A DNA stretch of 64,000 nucleotides from Torpedo marmorata. Taxonomy: Eukaryota. Below are positions 40,001 through 55,000 of the stretch, piece after piece. Each line of letters opens with the position of its first letter. Position 1 is the first letter of the stretch. The stretch is taken from NCBI GenBank assembly GCA_977017645.1, contig OZ360239.1, forward strand, positions 33,852,001 through 33,916,000, given 5' to 3'. The translations under genes were made by a program, and so were the position numbers. The notes beneath the pieces were generated by a model. The model had not been told where the DNA came from. It ran no database searches and was given only the letters and a program-made list of their open reading frames with translations.

Positions 40001-43000
40001 ATCCAGGGTCAATTGCAATGATGGTAGTTGAAGTACATCAGGAGGCAACAATATTTGTGTATTCTTTCACCACTTGTACTTCGCTTACAATGTGATAATT
40101 TTGTCCTGCCCTGGCAGTGGTTGAGGTTTAAGGAAAATAGAATTCCCAGATTTGATTATCTTGTCAATCATTAAACTGCAGCAGGGCAAACGTATGGGTT
40201 TTAGAATTGGTCACAGCACCCAGATTAAATACAGAGGTAATTTATATTTAATCTGGGCACTGTGACCAATTCTAAAAAGCATTTAGATCAGGAAATGCCA
40301 TTGGAAGGCCATGTACATTCAATGCAAAGACTCTGTAAGATCAACAGTTCCATAAGAGAGGGAGGAGAGATAGACTGGCAGCTGTAGAAGTTCATTGCAA
40401 TGAAGAATTCTGAAATAAGGAAAGCTGGCAACAAATACTGTGAGAGGGACAAAAATAAATAGTGTTTCTTTTTCCTTTTATTGTCCCAGCCAGACTTATC
40501 AATTTCCTTATTGTTCACAGGTGGATCATGTGGAGGATTCCTTGATGGTGCCTCTGGGTCTGTCATCAGTCCTGGTTATCCATACACCTATACAAATAAT
40601 GCAGCCTGCATTTGGTACATCAGAGTGAACAGCAGCAAAATAATAGATCTGCGGTTTATTGACCTTGAGTAAGTGAAGATGATTTGACCTTCATTTTATG
40701 ATACAACTCATGTCAGGGTCGATAACGTTAACTAACTGTTTTAATAGATACTTTCAAATTCATGCAATACATTCAAGGCATTAATTATTTGAAGCTGAAT
40801 CCGATGTTTGGTCCCTTTCACAAAACTTTGTTGTCTGCTTGATTTCCATTAATCTAAGGACTCTATGAACACATGATTAATAATGTATTTTAGCATTTTC
40901 TCATGACAGCTGTTGTGAACCTGCCTGTAATTTTCATTTGTAATTTCCTACCATCTTGCATTTTTGAATGTGAAAAATAATCCCTGATTATGGCCGCTCC
41001 TTGAATGTGAACCTGCTGGATATGAGGACAATCACATTAATTGTTATGATGGCATGATAGTCAAGATACTGGACTACTCTGGAGTAATGTGGTGGAGACA
41101 TATGTTTGAAACGTATGGTGACAGCTGAGAAATTCATAGAATAAAATAAATCTGGAATAATGATCATGATAGGTTATAAAGTCTGATCACATAGAGGATG
41201 AATTCAGGGACAAACATTTAATATGATAAGTAATATTTATCATAAGTATGTGTGATTAAAGAATTTTAAGCAGTGTAGCAGCATGGGATTTCATAAGGGA
41301 CTGTCCAATGTAGAAAAAATTAATATAGGGGGAAAGGGCAGAAGAGTGGAATCTGCTGACGTGAACCCTACCATCGCAATCGGCCAAACAATTTAATGCT
41401 TTGATAACTGCCGGAACACATAACAAGATGAAATAAATTTCAAGAGGCATGTTCAGTGTGTAAGGAATTTACTTGATTTGAATTAAGAGCAAAATCTGGA
41501 GAAACATTCATGCAAAATTATTATTTATAGGAATAAAGCAGCCAGTGTTAAATAATGAGAGTTGAAACCAGGTAGATATTTTGGTACAATACACAAAAGT
41601 GCTGGAGAAAATCAGCAGGTCACGCAGCATCTATAGGAAGTAAAGGATAACCAATGTTTCGGGCCTGAGCCCTTTGTCAAGGTATGAGGAAAATACAGGC
41701 AGCTGCCTGAATAAAAAGGTGAGAGGGTTGGTGGAGAAGAAAGGAGGGAGGAAGGGGCAGGGGGAGGAGTACAGGTCATAGGTGGATAGAGGTGGGAGGA
41801 CAGAAGAGAAAAAAAAGCTGAGGTGATGGGGGAGGGAGTATCTGTGAATACAGAGATAAGGAAAGGCGGTGAGGGCTGGAGGAAAGGAGACAGATAGGGA
41901 AAGGGAGAGACTCAGGGGAGGGGTTTAACGAAAACTGGAGTTCGATGTTAATGCCGTCTGCTTGGAGAGTGCCCAGATGGAATATTAGGTGTTGTTCCTC
42001 CAATTTGCGGGTGGCCTTGGTTTGCAAGTTCATGACGCCATGATCTGCCAACCTGTTGGTATGGGAATGGTGTGTGGAATTTAAATGGTTGGCTACTGGG
42101 AGGTCCCAATTTTTGCAGTGGACAGAGGGAAGATGCTCAACGAAACAGTCTTCCATTCTGCGTCCAGTCTCTCCGATGTAGAGGAGGCCACAACGGGAGC
42201 ATCGGCCGCAGTAGATGTCGCCTGAAAATTCACAATGGAAATGGTACTTCACTTGGAAGGACTGTTTGGGGCCCTGATTGGTGGTGAGGAAGGAGGTGTG
42301 GGCACAGTGTAGCATTTCTTGAGATCACAGGGGTAGGTACCAAGGGGGGATTAGTGGGAAGGGATGAGTGATTGAGGGAGTCCTTGTGGGAGCGGTCCCT
42401 GAAGAAAGCAGAGAAGGGTGGAGATGGGAAGATGTTTCTGATGGTGCGATCACATTGTGGATTGCAGAAATTGCAGAGGATAGTATGTTGTGAGGTGAGG
42501 ACAAGGTGAATCCCATCCTTTTTGCATCTCGGGGTGGAAGGGTCCAGGGCAGATTTGAGGGAAATAGAGAAGATTTAGATAACTGCTGAGATGATGGCAG
42601 AAATGTGGAAGCCACGATTTTGAAGAAGGAGGACATCTCGGACGTTCTGAAATGGAAGACATCATCCTGGGAGCAGTCATGACGGAGACAGAGGAATTTA
42701 GATAAAGGAATAAGATGCTTACCGGGGACAGTGGGTGAAGAGGTTGAGTTAAGGTAACTGTAGGAATTGGTATGTTTTATAGGTGTATGTGAGTTTAGCG
42801 TTTTGTATTATGTGTGAAGGAAAATGTTGTTATGCATGTCTTGGAAGGTCTGATTATAAAAGTGTGGCACAATGTTTCTTTTATTCTTTGAATTGCTCAA
42901 ATGATTTCCACATAGTTTCATCATTGTGTTATTTTTATAAATGTTAATTAATAAATAAATACAATTAATTGATTTTCAAAATGTGATAATTCTATTAACA

Positions 43001-46000
43001 GCCTGGAAGTGTCATCGAGTTGCTCCTATGATTCCGTTGCAATATATGATGGACCTTCAACAAATTCTGCTTTGCTGGCAAAACTCTGCCAAGATTCAAA
43101 TGAAACTTTTACATCATCATCCAACAGCATGACTATTTATTTTCGATCAGATGCCAGTGTAACCAGGCGTGGTTTTGTAGCAAACTATCGCTCTCTATAT
43201 GGTGAGCTTTGTTAAAATACTTGTTGAATGAAGTGGAGCAAGTTAAAAAATGAAATTACCTACAAAACACTTCATCACAATAAAAGTAAAAAAGTAAAAA
43301 AAATATGATAACTGTGTAGAAATTCTAATTGCAATTGAGAATCTTTGTGAATGCATGTGACACTACAAAGTTTTAGTTTGTTTCCCTGTGTATGTGAGGC
43401 ATAAATAATTGAAGTACACAGGAACATTTAGAGTAATGTCTATGATCGTACAATAAAGGGCCAACATTTAATTTTAAAAAATAATTGAGAGATACAACAG
43501 AGTAACATGCCCTTCCGGCTCACGTGCCCATGCCACCCAATTATATCCATGTTATCTGACTAACCCCGTACGTCTTTGAGTACCAGGAGGAAACCCACAT
43601 GGAGACGTACAAACTCCTCACAGACAGTATCAGATTTGAACCCGGGTCACTGGTACTGTAATAGCGGTGCACTAACCACTACGCTAATCATGTTATTTCA
43701 GCACTAATGAGTGGCTTACAATGTGGCAAGTTGGTCTGTCCAGTCACAAGGTTTAATAAAATAATAGTAAATTCCGAGTGTTTCTTCTGTTTTGAATCTG
43801 CCCCACTTTGGCACGGCACGGGACGGGGTGTTAGAATGAGCTGCAGTACCCAGGTAAGAAAGGGAGCTAACATAAAGATTCATTGAGGCCAGAAACGGTC
43901 ACTGGAAGGGCATGAACATTCATTGTTAAGATTTGTCATTTCAAAAGTAGGGCATATTGATTAACATCTTTAGAATCTTAACGCAATGGAGATTATTTGA
44001 ATGAACAAGTGTGAAAGTAACATATTGATTATTAGGAACTGAAACACATTGCACATTTAAATTGCATTAAAAGGCCTTTTCATAATGAACATCTCGAGGT
44101 TTGACAATGATCTTGTGAGAGCAGATTGATCTTCAGAAAGTTTTTGTTTGGTTCACTGGGTAGATGAGGCAGAAACTATCAGAAAATCCAGGTTCAATTG
44201 CAATGATGGTAGTTGAAGTACATCAGGAGGCACCAATATTTGTGTATTCTTTCACCACTTGTACTTCGCTTACAATGTGATAATTTTGTCCTGCCCTGGC
44301 AGTGGTTGAGGTTTAAAGAAAATAGAATTCCCAGATTTGATTATCTTATCAATCATTAAACTGCAGCAGGGCAAACGTATGGGTTTTAGAATTGGTCACA
44401 GCGCCCAGATTAAATACAGAGGTAATTTATATTTAATCTGGGCACTGTGACCAATTCTAAAAAGCATTTAGATCAGGAAATGCCATTGGAAGGTCATGTA
44501 CATTCAATGCAAAGACTCTGTAAGATCAACAGTTCCATAAGAGAGGGAGGAGAGATAGACTGGCAGCTGTAGAAACTCATTGCAATGAAGAATTCTGAAA
44601 TAAGGAAAGCTGGCAACAAATACTGTGAGAGGGACAAAAAGAAATAGTGTTTCTTTTTCCTTTTATTGTCCCAGCCAGACTTATCAATTTCCTTATTGTT
44701 CACAGGTGGATCATGTGGAGGATTCCTTGATGGTGCCTCTGGGTCTGTCATCAGTCCTGGTTATCCATACACCTATACAAATAATGCAGCCTGCATTTGG
44801 TACATCAGAGTGAACAGCAGCAAAATAATAGATCTGCGGTTTATTGACCTTGAGTAAGTGAAGATGATTTGACCTTCATTTTATGATACAACTAATGTCA
44901 GGGTCGATACTGTTAACTAACAGTTTTAATCGATAATTTCAAATTCACGCAATACACTCAAGGCATTAATTATTTGAAGCTGAATCCGATGTTTGGTCCC
45001 TTTCACAAAACTTTGTTGTCTGCTTGATTTCCATGAATCTAAGGACTCTATGAACACATGATTAATAATGTATTTTAGCATTTTCTCATGACAGCTGTTG
45101 TGAACCTGCCTGTAATTTTCATTTGTAATTTCCTACCATCTTGCATTTTTGAATGTGAAAAATAATCCCTGATTATGGCTGCTCCTTGAATGTGAACCTG
45201 CTGGATATGAGGACAATCACATTAATTGTTATGATGGCATGATAGTCAAGATACTGGACTACTCTGGAGTAATGTGGTGGAGACATATGTTTGAAACGTA
45301 TGGTGACAGCTGAGAAATTCATAGAATAAAATAAATCTGGAATAATGATCATGATAGGTTATAAAGTCTGATCACATAGAGGATGAATTCAGGGACAAAC
45401 ATTTAATATGATAAGTAATATTTATCATAAGTATGTGTGATTAAAGGTTTTTTAAGCAGTGTAGCAGCATGGGATTTCATAAGGGACTGTCCAATATAGA
45501 AAAAATTAATATAGGGGGAAAGGGCAGAATAGTGGAATCTGCTGACGTGAACCCTACCATCGCAATCGGCCAAACAATTTAATGCTTTGATAGCTGCCGG
45601 AACACATAACAAGATGAAATAAATTTCAAGAGGCATGTTCAGTGTGTAAGGAATTTACTTGATTTGAATTAAGAGCAAAATCTGGAGAAACATTCATGCA
45701 AAATTATTATTTATAGGAATAAAGCAGCCAGTGTTAAATAATGAGAGTTGAAACCAGGTAGATATTTTGGTACAATACACAAAAGTGCTGGAGAAAATCA
45801 GCAGGTCACGCAGCATCTATAGGAAGTAAAGGATAACCAATGTTTCGGGCCTGAGCCCTTTGTCAAGGTATGAGGAAAATACAGGCAGCTGCCTGAATAA
45901 AAAGGTGAGAGGGTTGGTGGAGAAGAAAGGAGAGAGGAAGGGGCAGGGGGAGGAGTACAGGTCATAGGTGGATAGAGGTGGGAGGACAGAAGAGAAAAAA

Positions 46001-49000
46001 AAGCTGAGGTGATGGGGGAGGGAGTATCTGTGAATACAGAGATAAGGAAAGGGGGTGAGGGCTGGAGGAAAGGAGACAGATAGGGAAAGGGAGAGACTCA
46101 GGGGAGGGGTTTAACGAAAACTGGAGGTCGATGTTAATGCCGTCTGCTTGGAGAGTGCCCAGATGGAATATTAGGTGTTGTTCCTCCAATTTGCGGGTGG
46201 CCTTGGTTTGCAAGTTCATGATGCCATGATCTGCCAACCTGTTGGTATGGGAATGGTGTGTGGAATTTAAATGGTTGGCTACTGGGAGGTCCCAATTTTT
46301 GCAGTGGACAGAGGGAAGATGCTCAACGAAACAGTCTTCCATTCTGCGTCCAGTCTCTCCGATGTAGAGGAGGCCACAACGGGAGCACCGGCCGCAGTAG
46401 ATATCGCCTGAAAATTCACAATGGAAATGGTACTTCACTTGGAAGGACTGTTTGGGGCCCCGTTTGGTGGTGAGGAAGGAGGTGTGGGCACAGTGTAGCA
46501 TTTCTTGAGATCACAGGGGTAGGTACCAAGGGGGGATTAGTGGGAAGGGATGAGTTATTGAGGGAGTCCTTGTGGGAGTGGTCCCTGAAGAAAGCGTAGA
46601 AGGGTGGAGATGGGAAGATGTTTCTGATGGTGCGATCGCATTGTGGATTGCAGAAATTGCAGAGGATAGTATGTTGTGAGGTGAGGACAAGGTGAATCCC
46701 GTCCTTTTTGCATCTCGGGGTGGAAGGGTCCAGGGCATATTTGAGAGAAATAGAGAAGATTTAGATAACTGCTGAGATGATGGCAGAAATGTGGAAGCCA
46801 CGATTTTGAAGAAGGAGGACATCTCGGATGTTCTGAAATGGAAGACGTCATCCTGGGAGCAGTCATGACGGAGACAGAGGAATTTAGATAAAGGAATAAG
46901 ATGCTTACCGGGGACAGTGGGTGAAGAGGTTGAGTTAAGGTAACTGTAGGAATTGGTATGTTTTATAGGTGTATGTGAGTTTAGCGTTTTGTATTATGTG
47001 TGAAGGAAAATGTTGTTATGCATGTCTTGGAAGGTCTGATAATAAAATTGTGGCACAATGTTTCTTTTGTTCTTTGAATTGCTCAAATGATTTCCACATA
47101 GTTTCATCATTGTGTTATTTTTATAAATGTTAATTAATAAATAAATACAATTAATTGATTTTCAAAATGTGATAATTCTATTAACAGCCTGGAAGTGTCA
47201 TCGAGTTGCTCCTATGATTCCGTTGCAATATATGATGGACCTTCAACAAATTCTGCTTTGCTGGCAAAACTCTGCCAAGATTCAAATGAAACTTTTACAT
47301 CATCATCCAACAGCATGACTATTTATTTTCGATCAGATGCCAGTGTAACCAGGCGTGGTTTTGTAGCAAACTATCGCTCTCTATATGGTGAGCTTTGTTA
47401 AAATACTTGTTGAAGGAAGTGGAGCAAGTTAAAAAATGAAATTACCTACAAAACACTTCATCACAATAAAAGTAAAAAAGTAAAAAAAAATGATAACTGT
47501 GTAGAAATTCTAATTGCAATTGAGAATCTTTGTGAATGCATGTGACACTACAATGTTTTAGTTTGTTTCCCCGTGTATGTGAGGCATAAATAATTGAAGT
47601 ACACAGGAACATTTAGAGTAATGTCTATGATCGTACAATAAAGGGCCAACATTTAATTTTTAAAAAAAATTGAGAGATACAACAGAGTAACATGCTCTTC
47701 TGGCTCACGTGCCCATGTCACCCAATTATATCCATGTTATCTGACTAACCCCGTACGTCTTTGAGTACCCGGAGGAAACCCACATGGAGACGTACAAACT
47801 CCTCACAGACAGTATCAGATTTGAACCCGGGTCACTGGTACTGTAATAGCGGTGCACTAACCACTACGCTAATCATGTTATTTCAGCACTAATGAGTGGC
47901 TTACAATGTGGCAAGTTGGTCTGTCCAGTCACAAGGTTTAATAAAATAATAGTAAATTCCGAGTGTTTCTTCTGTTTTGAATCTGCCCCACTTTGGCACG
48001 GCACGGGACGGGGTGTTAGAATGAGCTGCAGTACCCACGTAAGAAAGGGAGCTAACATAAAGATTCATTGAGGCCAGAAACGGTCACTGGAAGGGCATGA
48101 ACATTCATTGTTAAGATTTGTCATTTCAAAAGTAGGGCATATTGATTAACATCTTTAGAATCTTAACGCAATGGAGATTATTTGAATGAACAAGTGTGAA
48201 AGTAACATATTGATTATTAGGAACTGAAACTCATTGCACATTTAAATTGCATTAAAAGGCCTTTTCATAATGAACATCTCGAGGTTTGACAATGATCTTG
48301 TGAGAGCAGATTGATCTTCAGAAAGTTTTTGTTTGGTTCACTGGGTAGATGAGGCGGAAACTATCAGAAAATCCAGGTTCAATTGCAATGATGGTAGTTG
48401 AAGCACATCAGGAGGCACCAATATTTGTGTATTCTTTCACCACTTGTACTTCGCTTACAATGTGATAATTTTGTCCTGCCCTGGCAGTGGTTGATGTTTA
48501 AAGAAAATAGAATTCCCAGATTTGATTATCTTGTCAATCAATTAAACTGCAGCAGGGCAAACGTATGGGTCTTAGAATTGGTCACAGCGCCCAGATTAAA
48601 TACAGAGGTAATTTATATTTAATCTGGGCACTGTGACCAATTCTAAAAAGCATTTAGATCAGGAAATGCCATTGGAAGGTCATGTACATTCAATGCAAAG
48701 ACTCTGTAAGATCAACAGTTCCATAAGAGAGGGAGGAGAGATAGACTGGCAGCTGTAGAAACTCATTGCAATGAAGAATTCTGAAATAAGGAAAGCTGGC
48801 AACAAATACTGTGAGAGGGACAAAAAGAAATAGTGTTTCTTTTTCCTTTTATTGTCCCAGCCAGACTTATCAATTTCCTTATTGTTCACAGGTGGATCAT
48901 GTGGAGGATTCCTTGATGGTGCCTCTGGGTCTGTCATCAGTCCTGGTTATCCATACACCTATACAAATAATGCAGACTGCATTTGGTACATCAGAGTGAA

Positions 49001-52000
49001 CAGCAGCAAAATAATAGATCTGCGGTTTATTGACCTTGAGTAAGTGAAGATGATTTGACCTTCATTTTATGATACAACTAATCTCAGGGTCGATACCGTT
49101 AACTAACAGTTTTAATCGATAATTTCAAATTCATGCAATACATTCAAGGCATTAATTATTTGAAGCTGAATCCGATGTTTGGTCCCTTTCACAAAACTTT
49201 GTTGACTGCTTCATTTCCATTAATCTAAGGACTCTATGAACACATGATTAATAATGTATTTTAGCATTTTCTCATGACAGCTGTTGTGAACCTGCCTGTA
49301 ATTTTCATTTGTAATTTCCTACCATCTTGCATTTTTGAATGTGAAAAATAATCCCTGATTATGGCTGTTCCTTGAATGTGAACCTGCTGGATATGAGGAC
49401 AATCACATTAATTGTTATGATGGCATGATAGTCAAGATACTGGACTACTCTGGAGTAATGTGGTGGAGACATATGTTTGAAACGTATGGTGACAGCTGAG
49501 AAATTCATAGAATAAAATAAATCTGGAATAATGATCATGATAGGTTATAAAGTCTGAACACATAGAGGATGAATTCAGGGACATACATTTAATATGATAA
49601 GTAATATTTATCATAAGTATGTGTGATTAAAGGTTTTTTAAGCAGTGTAGCAGCATGGGATTTCATAAGGGACTGTCCAATGTAGAAAAAATTAATATGG
49701 GGGAAAGGGCAGAAGAGTGGAATCTGCTGACGTGAACCCTACCATCGCAATCGGCCAAACAATTTAATGCTTTGATAGCTGCCGGAACACATAACAAGAT
49801 GAAATAAATTTCAAGAGGCATGTTCAGTGTGTAAGGAATTTACTTGATTTGAATTAAGAGCAAAATCTGGAGAAACATTCATGCAAAATTATTATTTATA
49901 GGAATAAAGCAGCCAGTGTTAAATAATGAGAGTTGAAACCAGGTAGATATTTTGGTACAATACACAAAAGTGCTGGGGAAAATCAGCAGGTCACGCAGCA
50001 TCTATAGGAAGTAAAGGATAACCAATGTTTCGGGCCTGAGCCCTTTGTCAAGGTATGAGGAAAATACACGCAGCTGCCTGAATAAAAAGGTGAGAGGGTT
50101 GGTGGAGAAGAAAGGAGGGAGGAAGGGGCAGGGGGAGGAGTACAGGTCATAGGTGGATAGACGTGGGAGGACAGAAGAGAAAAAAAATCTGAGGTGATGG
50201 GGGAGGGAGTATCTGTGAATACAGAGATAAGGAAAGGGGGTGAGGGCTGGAGGAAAGGAGACAGATAGTGAAAGGGAGAGACTCAGGGGAGGGGTTTAAC
50301 GAAAACTGGAGTTCGATGTTAATGCCGTCTGCTTGGAGAGTGCCCAGATGGAATATTAGGTGTTGTTTCTCCAATTTGCGGGTGGCCTTGGTTTGCAAGT
50401 TCATGACGCCATGATCTGCCAACCTGTTGGTATGGGAATGGTGTGTGGAATTTAAATGGTTGGCTACTGGGAGGTCCCAATTTTTGCAGTGGACAGAGGG
50501 AAGATGCTCAACGAAACAGTCTTCCATTCTGCGTCCAGTCTCTCCGATGTAGAGGAGGCCACAACGGGAGCATCGGCCGCAGTAGATGTTGCCTGAAAAT
50601 TCACAATGGAAATGGTACTTCACTTGGAAGGACTGTTGGGGCCCCGTTTGGTGGTGAGGAAGGAGGTGTGGGCACAGTGTAGCATTTCTTGAGATCACAG
50701 GGGTAGGTACCAAGGGGGGATTAGTGGGAAGGGATGAGTGATTGAGGGAGTCCTTGTGGGAGCAGTCCCTGAAGAAAGCGGAGAAGGGTGGAGATGGGAA
50801 GATGTTTCTGATGGTGCGATCTCATTGTGGATTGCAGAAATTGCAGAGGATAGTATGTTGTGAGGTGAGGACAAGGTGAATCCCTTCCTTTTTGCATCTC
50901 GGGGTGGAAGGGTCCAGGGCAGATTTGAGAGAAATAGAGAAGATTTAGATAACTGCTGAGATGATGGCAGAAGAGTGGAAGCCACGATTTTGAAGAAGGA
51001 GGACATCTCGGATGTTCTGAAATGGAAGACATCATCCTGGGAGCAGTCATGACGGAGACAGAGGAATTTAGATAAAGGAATAAGATGCTTACCGGGGACA
51101 GTGGGTGAAGAGGTTGAGTTAAGGTAACTGTAGGAATTGGTATGTTTTATAGGTGTATGTGAGTTTAGCGTTTTGTATTATGTGTGAAGGAAAATGTTGT
51201 TATGCATGTCTTGGAAGGTCTGATTATAAAAGTGTGGCACAATGTTTCTTTTGTTCTTTGAATTGCTCAAATGATTTCCACATAGTTTCAGCATTGTGTT
51301 ATTTTTATAAATGTTAATTAATAAATAAATACAATTAATTGATTTTCAAAATGTGATAATTCTATTAACAGCCTGGAAGTGTCATCGAGTTGCTCCTATG
51401 ATTCCGTTGCAATATATGATGGACCTTCAACAAATTCTGCTTTGCTGGCAAAACTCTGCCAAGATTCAAATGAAACTTTTACATCATCATCCAACAGCAT
51501 GACTATTTATTTTCGATCAGATGCCAGTGTAACCAGGCGTGGTTTTGTAGCAAACTATCGCTCTCTATATGGTGAGCTTTGTTAAAATACTTGTTGAATG
51601 AAGTGGAGCAAGTTAAAAAATGAAATTACCTACAAAACACTTCATCACAATAAAAGTGAAAAAGTAAAAAAAATATGATAACTGTGTAGAAATTCTAATT
51701 GCAATTGAGAATCTTTGTGAATGCATGTGACACTACAAAGTTTTAGTTAGTTTCCCTGTGTATGTGAGGCAGAAATAATTGAAGTACACAGGAACATTTA
51801 GAGTAATGTCTATGATCGTACAATAAAGGGCCAACATTTAATTAAAAAAATAATTGAGAGATACAACAGAGTAACATGCCCTTCTGGCTCTCGTGCCCAT
51901 GCCACACAATTATATCCATGTTATCTGACTAACCCCGTACGTCTTTGAGTACCCGGAGGAAACCCACATGGAGACGTACAAACTCCTCACAGACAGTATC

Positions 52001-55000
52001 AGATTTGAACCCGGGTCACTGGTACTGTAATAGCATTGCACTAACCACAACGCTAATCTTGTTATTTCAGCACTAATGAGTGGCTTACAATGTGGCAAGT
52101 TGGTCTGTCCAGTCACAAGTTTTAATAAAATAATAGTAAATTCCGAGTGTTTCTTCTGTTTTGAATCTGCCCCACTTTGGCACGGCACGGGACGGTGTGT
52201 TAGAATGGGCTGCAGTACCCAGGTTAGAAAGGGAGGTAACATAAAGATTCATTGAGGCCAGAAACTGTCACTGGAAGGGCATGAACATTCATTGTTAAGA
52301 TTTGTCATTTCAAAACGAGGACATATTGATTAACATCTTTAGAATCTTAACGCAATGGAGATTATTTGAATGAACAAGTGTGAAAATAACATATTGATAA
52401 TTAGGAACTGAAACTCATTGCACATTTAAATTCCATTAAAAGGCCTTTTCATAATGAACATCTCGAGGTTTGACAATGATCTTGTGAGAGCAGATTGATC
52501 TTCAGAAAGTTTATGTTTGGTTCACTGGGTAGATGAGGCAGAAACTAGCGGAAAATCCAGGGTCAATTGCAATGATGGTAGTTGAAGTACATCAGGAGGC
52601 AACAATATTTGTGTATTCTTTCACCACTTGTACTTCGCTTACAATGTGATAATTTTGTCCTGCCCTGGCAGTGGTTGAGGTTTAAGGAAAATAGAATTCC
52701 CAGATTTGATTATCTTGTCAATCATTAAACTGCAGCAGGGCAAACGTATGGGTTTTAGAATTGGTCACAGCACCCAGATTAAATACAGAGGTAATTTATA
52801 TTTAATCTGGGCACTGTGACCAATTCTAAAAAGCATTTAGATCAGGAAATGCCATTGGAAGGCCATGTACATTCAATGCAAAGACTCTGTAAGATCAACA
52901 GTTCCATAAGAGAGGGAGGAGAGATAGACTGGCAGCTGTAGAAGTTCATTGCAATGAAGAATTCTGAAATAAGGAAAGCTGGCAACAAATACTGTGAGAG
53001 GGACAAAAAGAAATAGTGTTTCTTTTTCCTTTTATTGTCCCAGCCAGACTTATCAATTTCCTTATTGTTCACAGGTGGATCATGTGGAGGATTCCTTGAT
53101 GGTGCCTCTGGATCTGTCATCAGTCCTGGTTATCCATACACCTATACAAATAATGCAGCCTGCATTTGGTACATCAGAGTGAACAGCAGCAAAATAATAG
53201 ATCTGCGGTTTATTGACCTTGAGTAAGTGAAGATGATTTGACCTTCATTTTATGATACAACTAATCTCAGGGTCGATACCGTTAACTAACAGATTTAATC
53301 GATAATTTCAAATTCATGCAATACATTCAAGGCATTAATTATTTGAAGCTGAATCCGATGTTTGGTCCCTTTCACAAAACTTTGTTGACTGCTTCATTTC
53401 CATTAATCTAAGGACTCTATGAACACATGATTAATAATGTATTTTAGCATTTTCTCATGACAGCTGTTGTGAACCTGCCTGTAATTTTCATTTGTAATTT
53501 CCTACCATCTTGCATTTTTGAATGTGAAAAATAATCCCTGATTATGGCTGCTCCTTGAATGTGAACCTGCTGGATATGAGGACAATCACATTAATTGTTA
53601 TGATGGCATGATAGTCAAGATACTGGACTACTCTGGAGTAATGCGGTGGAGACATATGTTTGAAACGTATGGTGACAGCTGAGAAATTCATAGAATAAAA
53701 TAAATCTGGAATAATGATCATGATAGGTTATAAAGTCTGAACACATAGAGGATGAATTCAGGGACATACATTTAATATGATAAGTAATATTTATCATAAG
53801 TATGTGTGATTAAAGGTTTTTTAAGCAGTGTAGCAGCATGGGATTTCATAAGGGACTGTCCAATATAGAAAAAATTAATATAGGGGGAAAGGGCAGAAGA
53901 GTGGAATCTGCTGACGTGAACCCTACCATCGCAATCGGCCAAACAATTTAATGCTTTGATAGCTGCCGGAACACATAACAAGATGAAATAAATTTCAAGA
54001 GGCATGTTCAGTGTGTAAGGAATTTACTTGATTTGAATTAAGAGCAAAATCTGGAGAAACATTCATGCAAAATTATTATTTATAGGAATAAAGCAGCCAG
54101 TGTTAAATAATGAGAGTTGAAACCAGGTAGATATTTTGGTACAATACACAAAAGTGCTGGAGAAAATCAGCAGGTCACGCAGCATCTATAGGAAGTAAAG
54201 GATAACCAATGTTTCGGGCCTGAGCCCTTTGTCAAGGTATGAGGAAAATACACGCAGCTGCCTGAATAAAAAGGTGAGAGGGTTGGTGGAGAAGAAAGGA
54301 GGGAGGAAGGGGCAGGGGGAGGAGTACAGGTCATAGGTGGATAGAGGTGGGAGGACAGAAGAGAAAAAAAATCTGAGGTGATGGGGGAGGGAGTATCTGT
54401 GAATACAGAGATAAGGAAAGGGGGTGAGGGCTGGAGGAAAGGAGACAGATAGGGAAAGGGAGAGACTCAGGGGAGGGGTTTAACGAAAACTGGAGTTCGA
54501 TGTTAATGCCGTCTGCTTGGAGAGTGCCCAGATGGAATATTAGGTGTTGTTTCTCCAATTTGCGGGTGGCCTTGGTTTGCAAGTTCATGATGCCATGATC
54601 TGCCAACCTGTTGGTATGGGAATGGTGTATGGAATTTAAATGGTTGGCTACTGGGAGGTCCCAATTTTTGCAGTGGACAGAGGGAAGATGCTCAACGAAA
54701 CAGTCTTCCATTCTGCGTCCAGTCTCTCCGATGTAGAGGAGGCCACAACGGGAGCATTGGCCGCAGTAAATGTCGCCTGAAAATTCACAATGGAAATGGT
54801 ACTTCACTTGGAAGGACTGTTTGGGGCCCCGTTTGGTGGTGAGGAAGGAGGTGTGGGCACAGTGTAGCATTTCTTGAGATCACAGGGGTAGGTACCAAGG
54901 GGGGATTAGTGGGAAGGGATGAGTGATTGAGGGAGTCCTTGTGGGAGCGGTCCCTGAAGAAAGCGGAGAAGGGTGGAGATGGGAAGATGTTTCTGATGGT

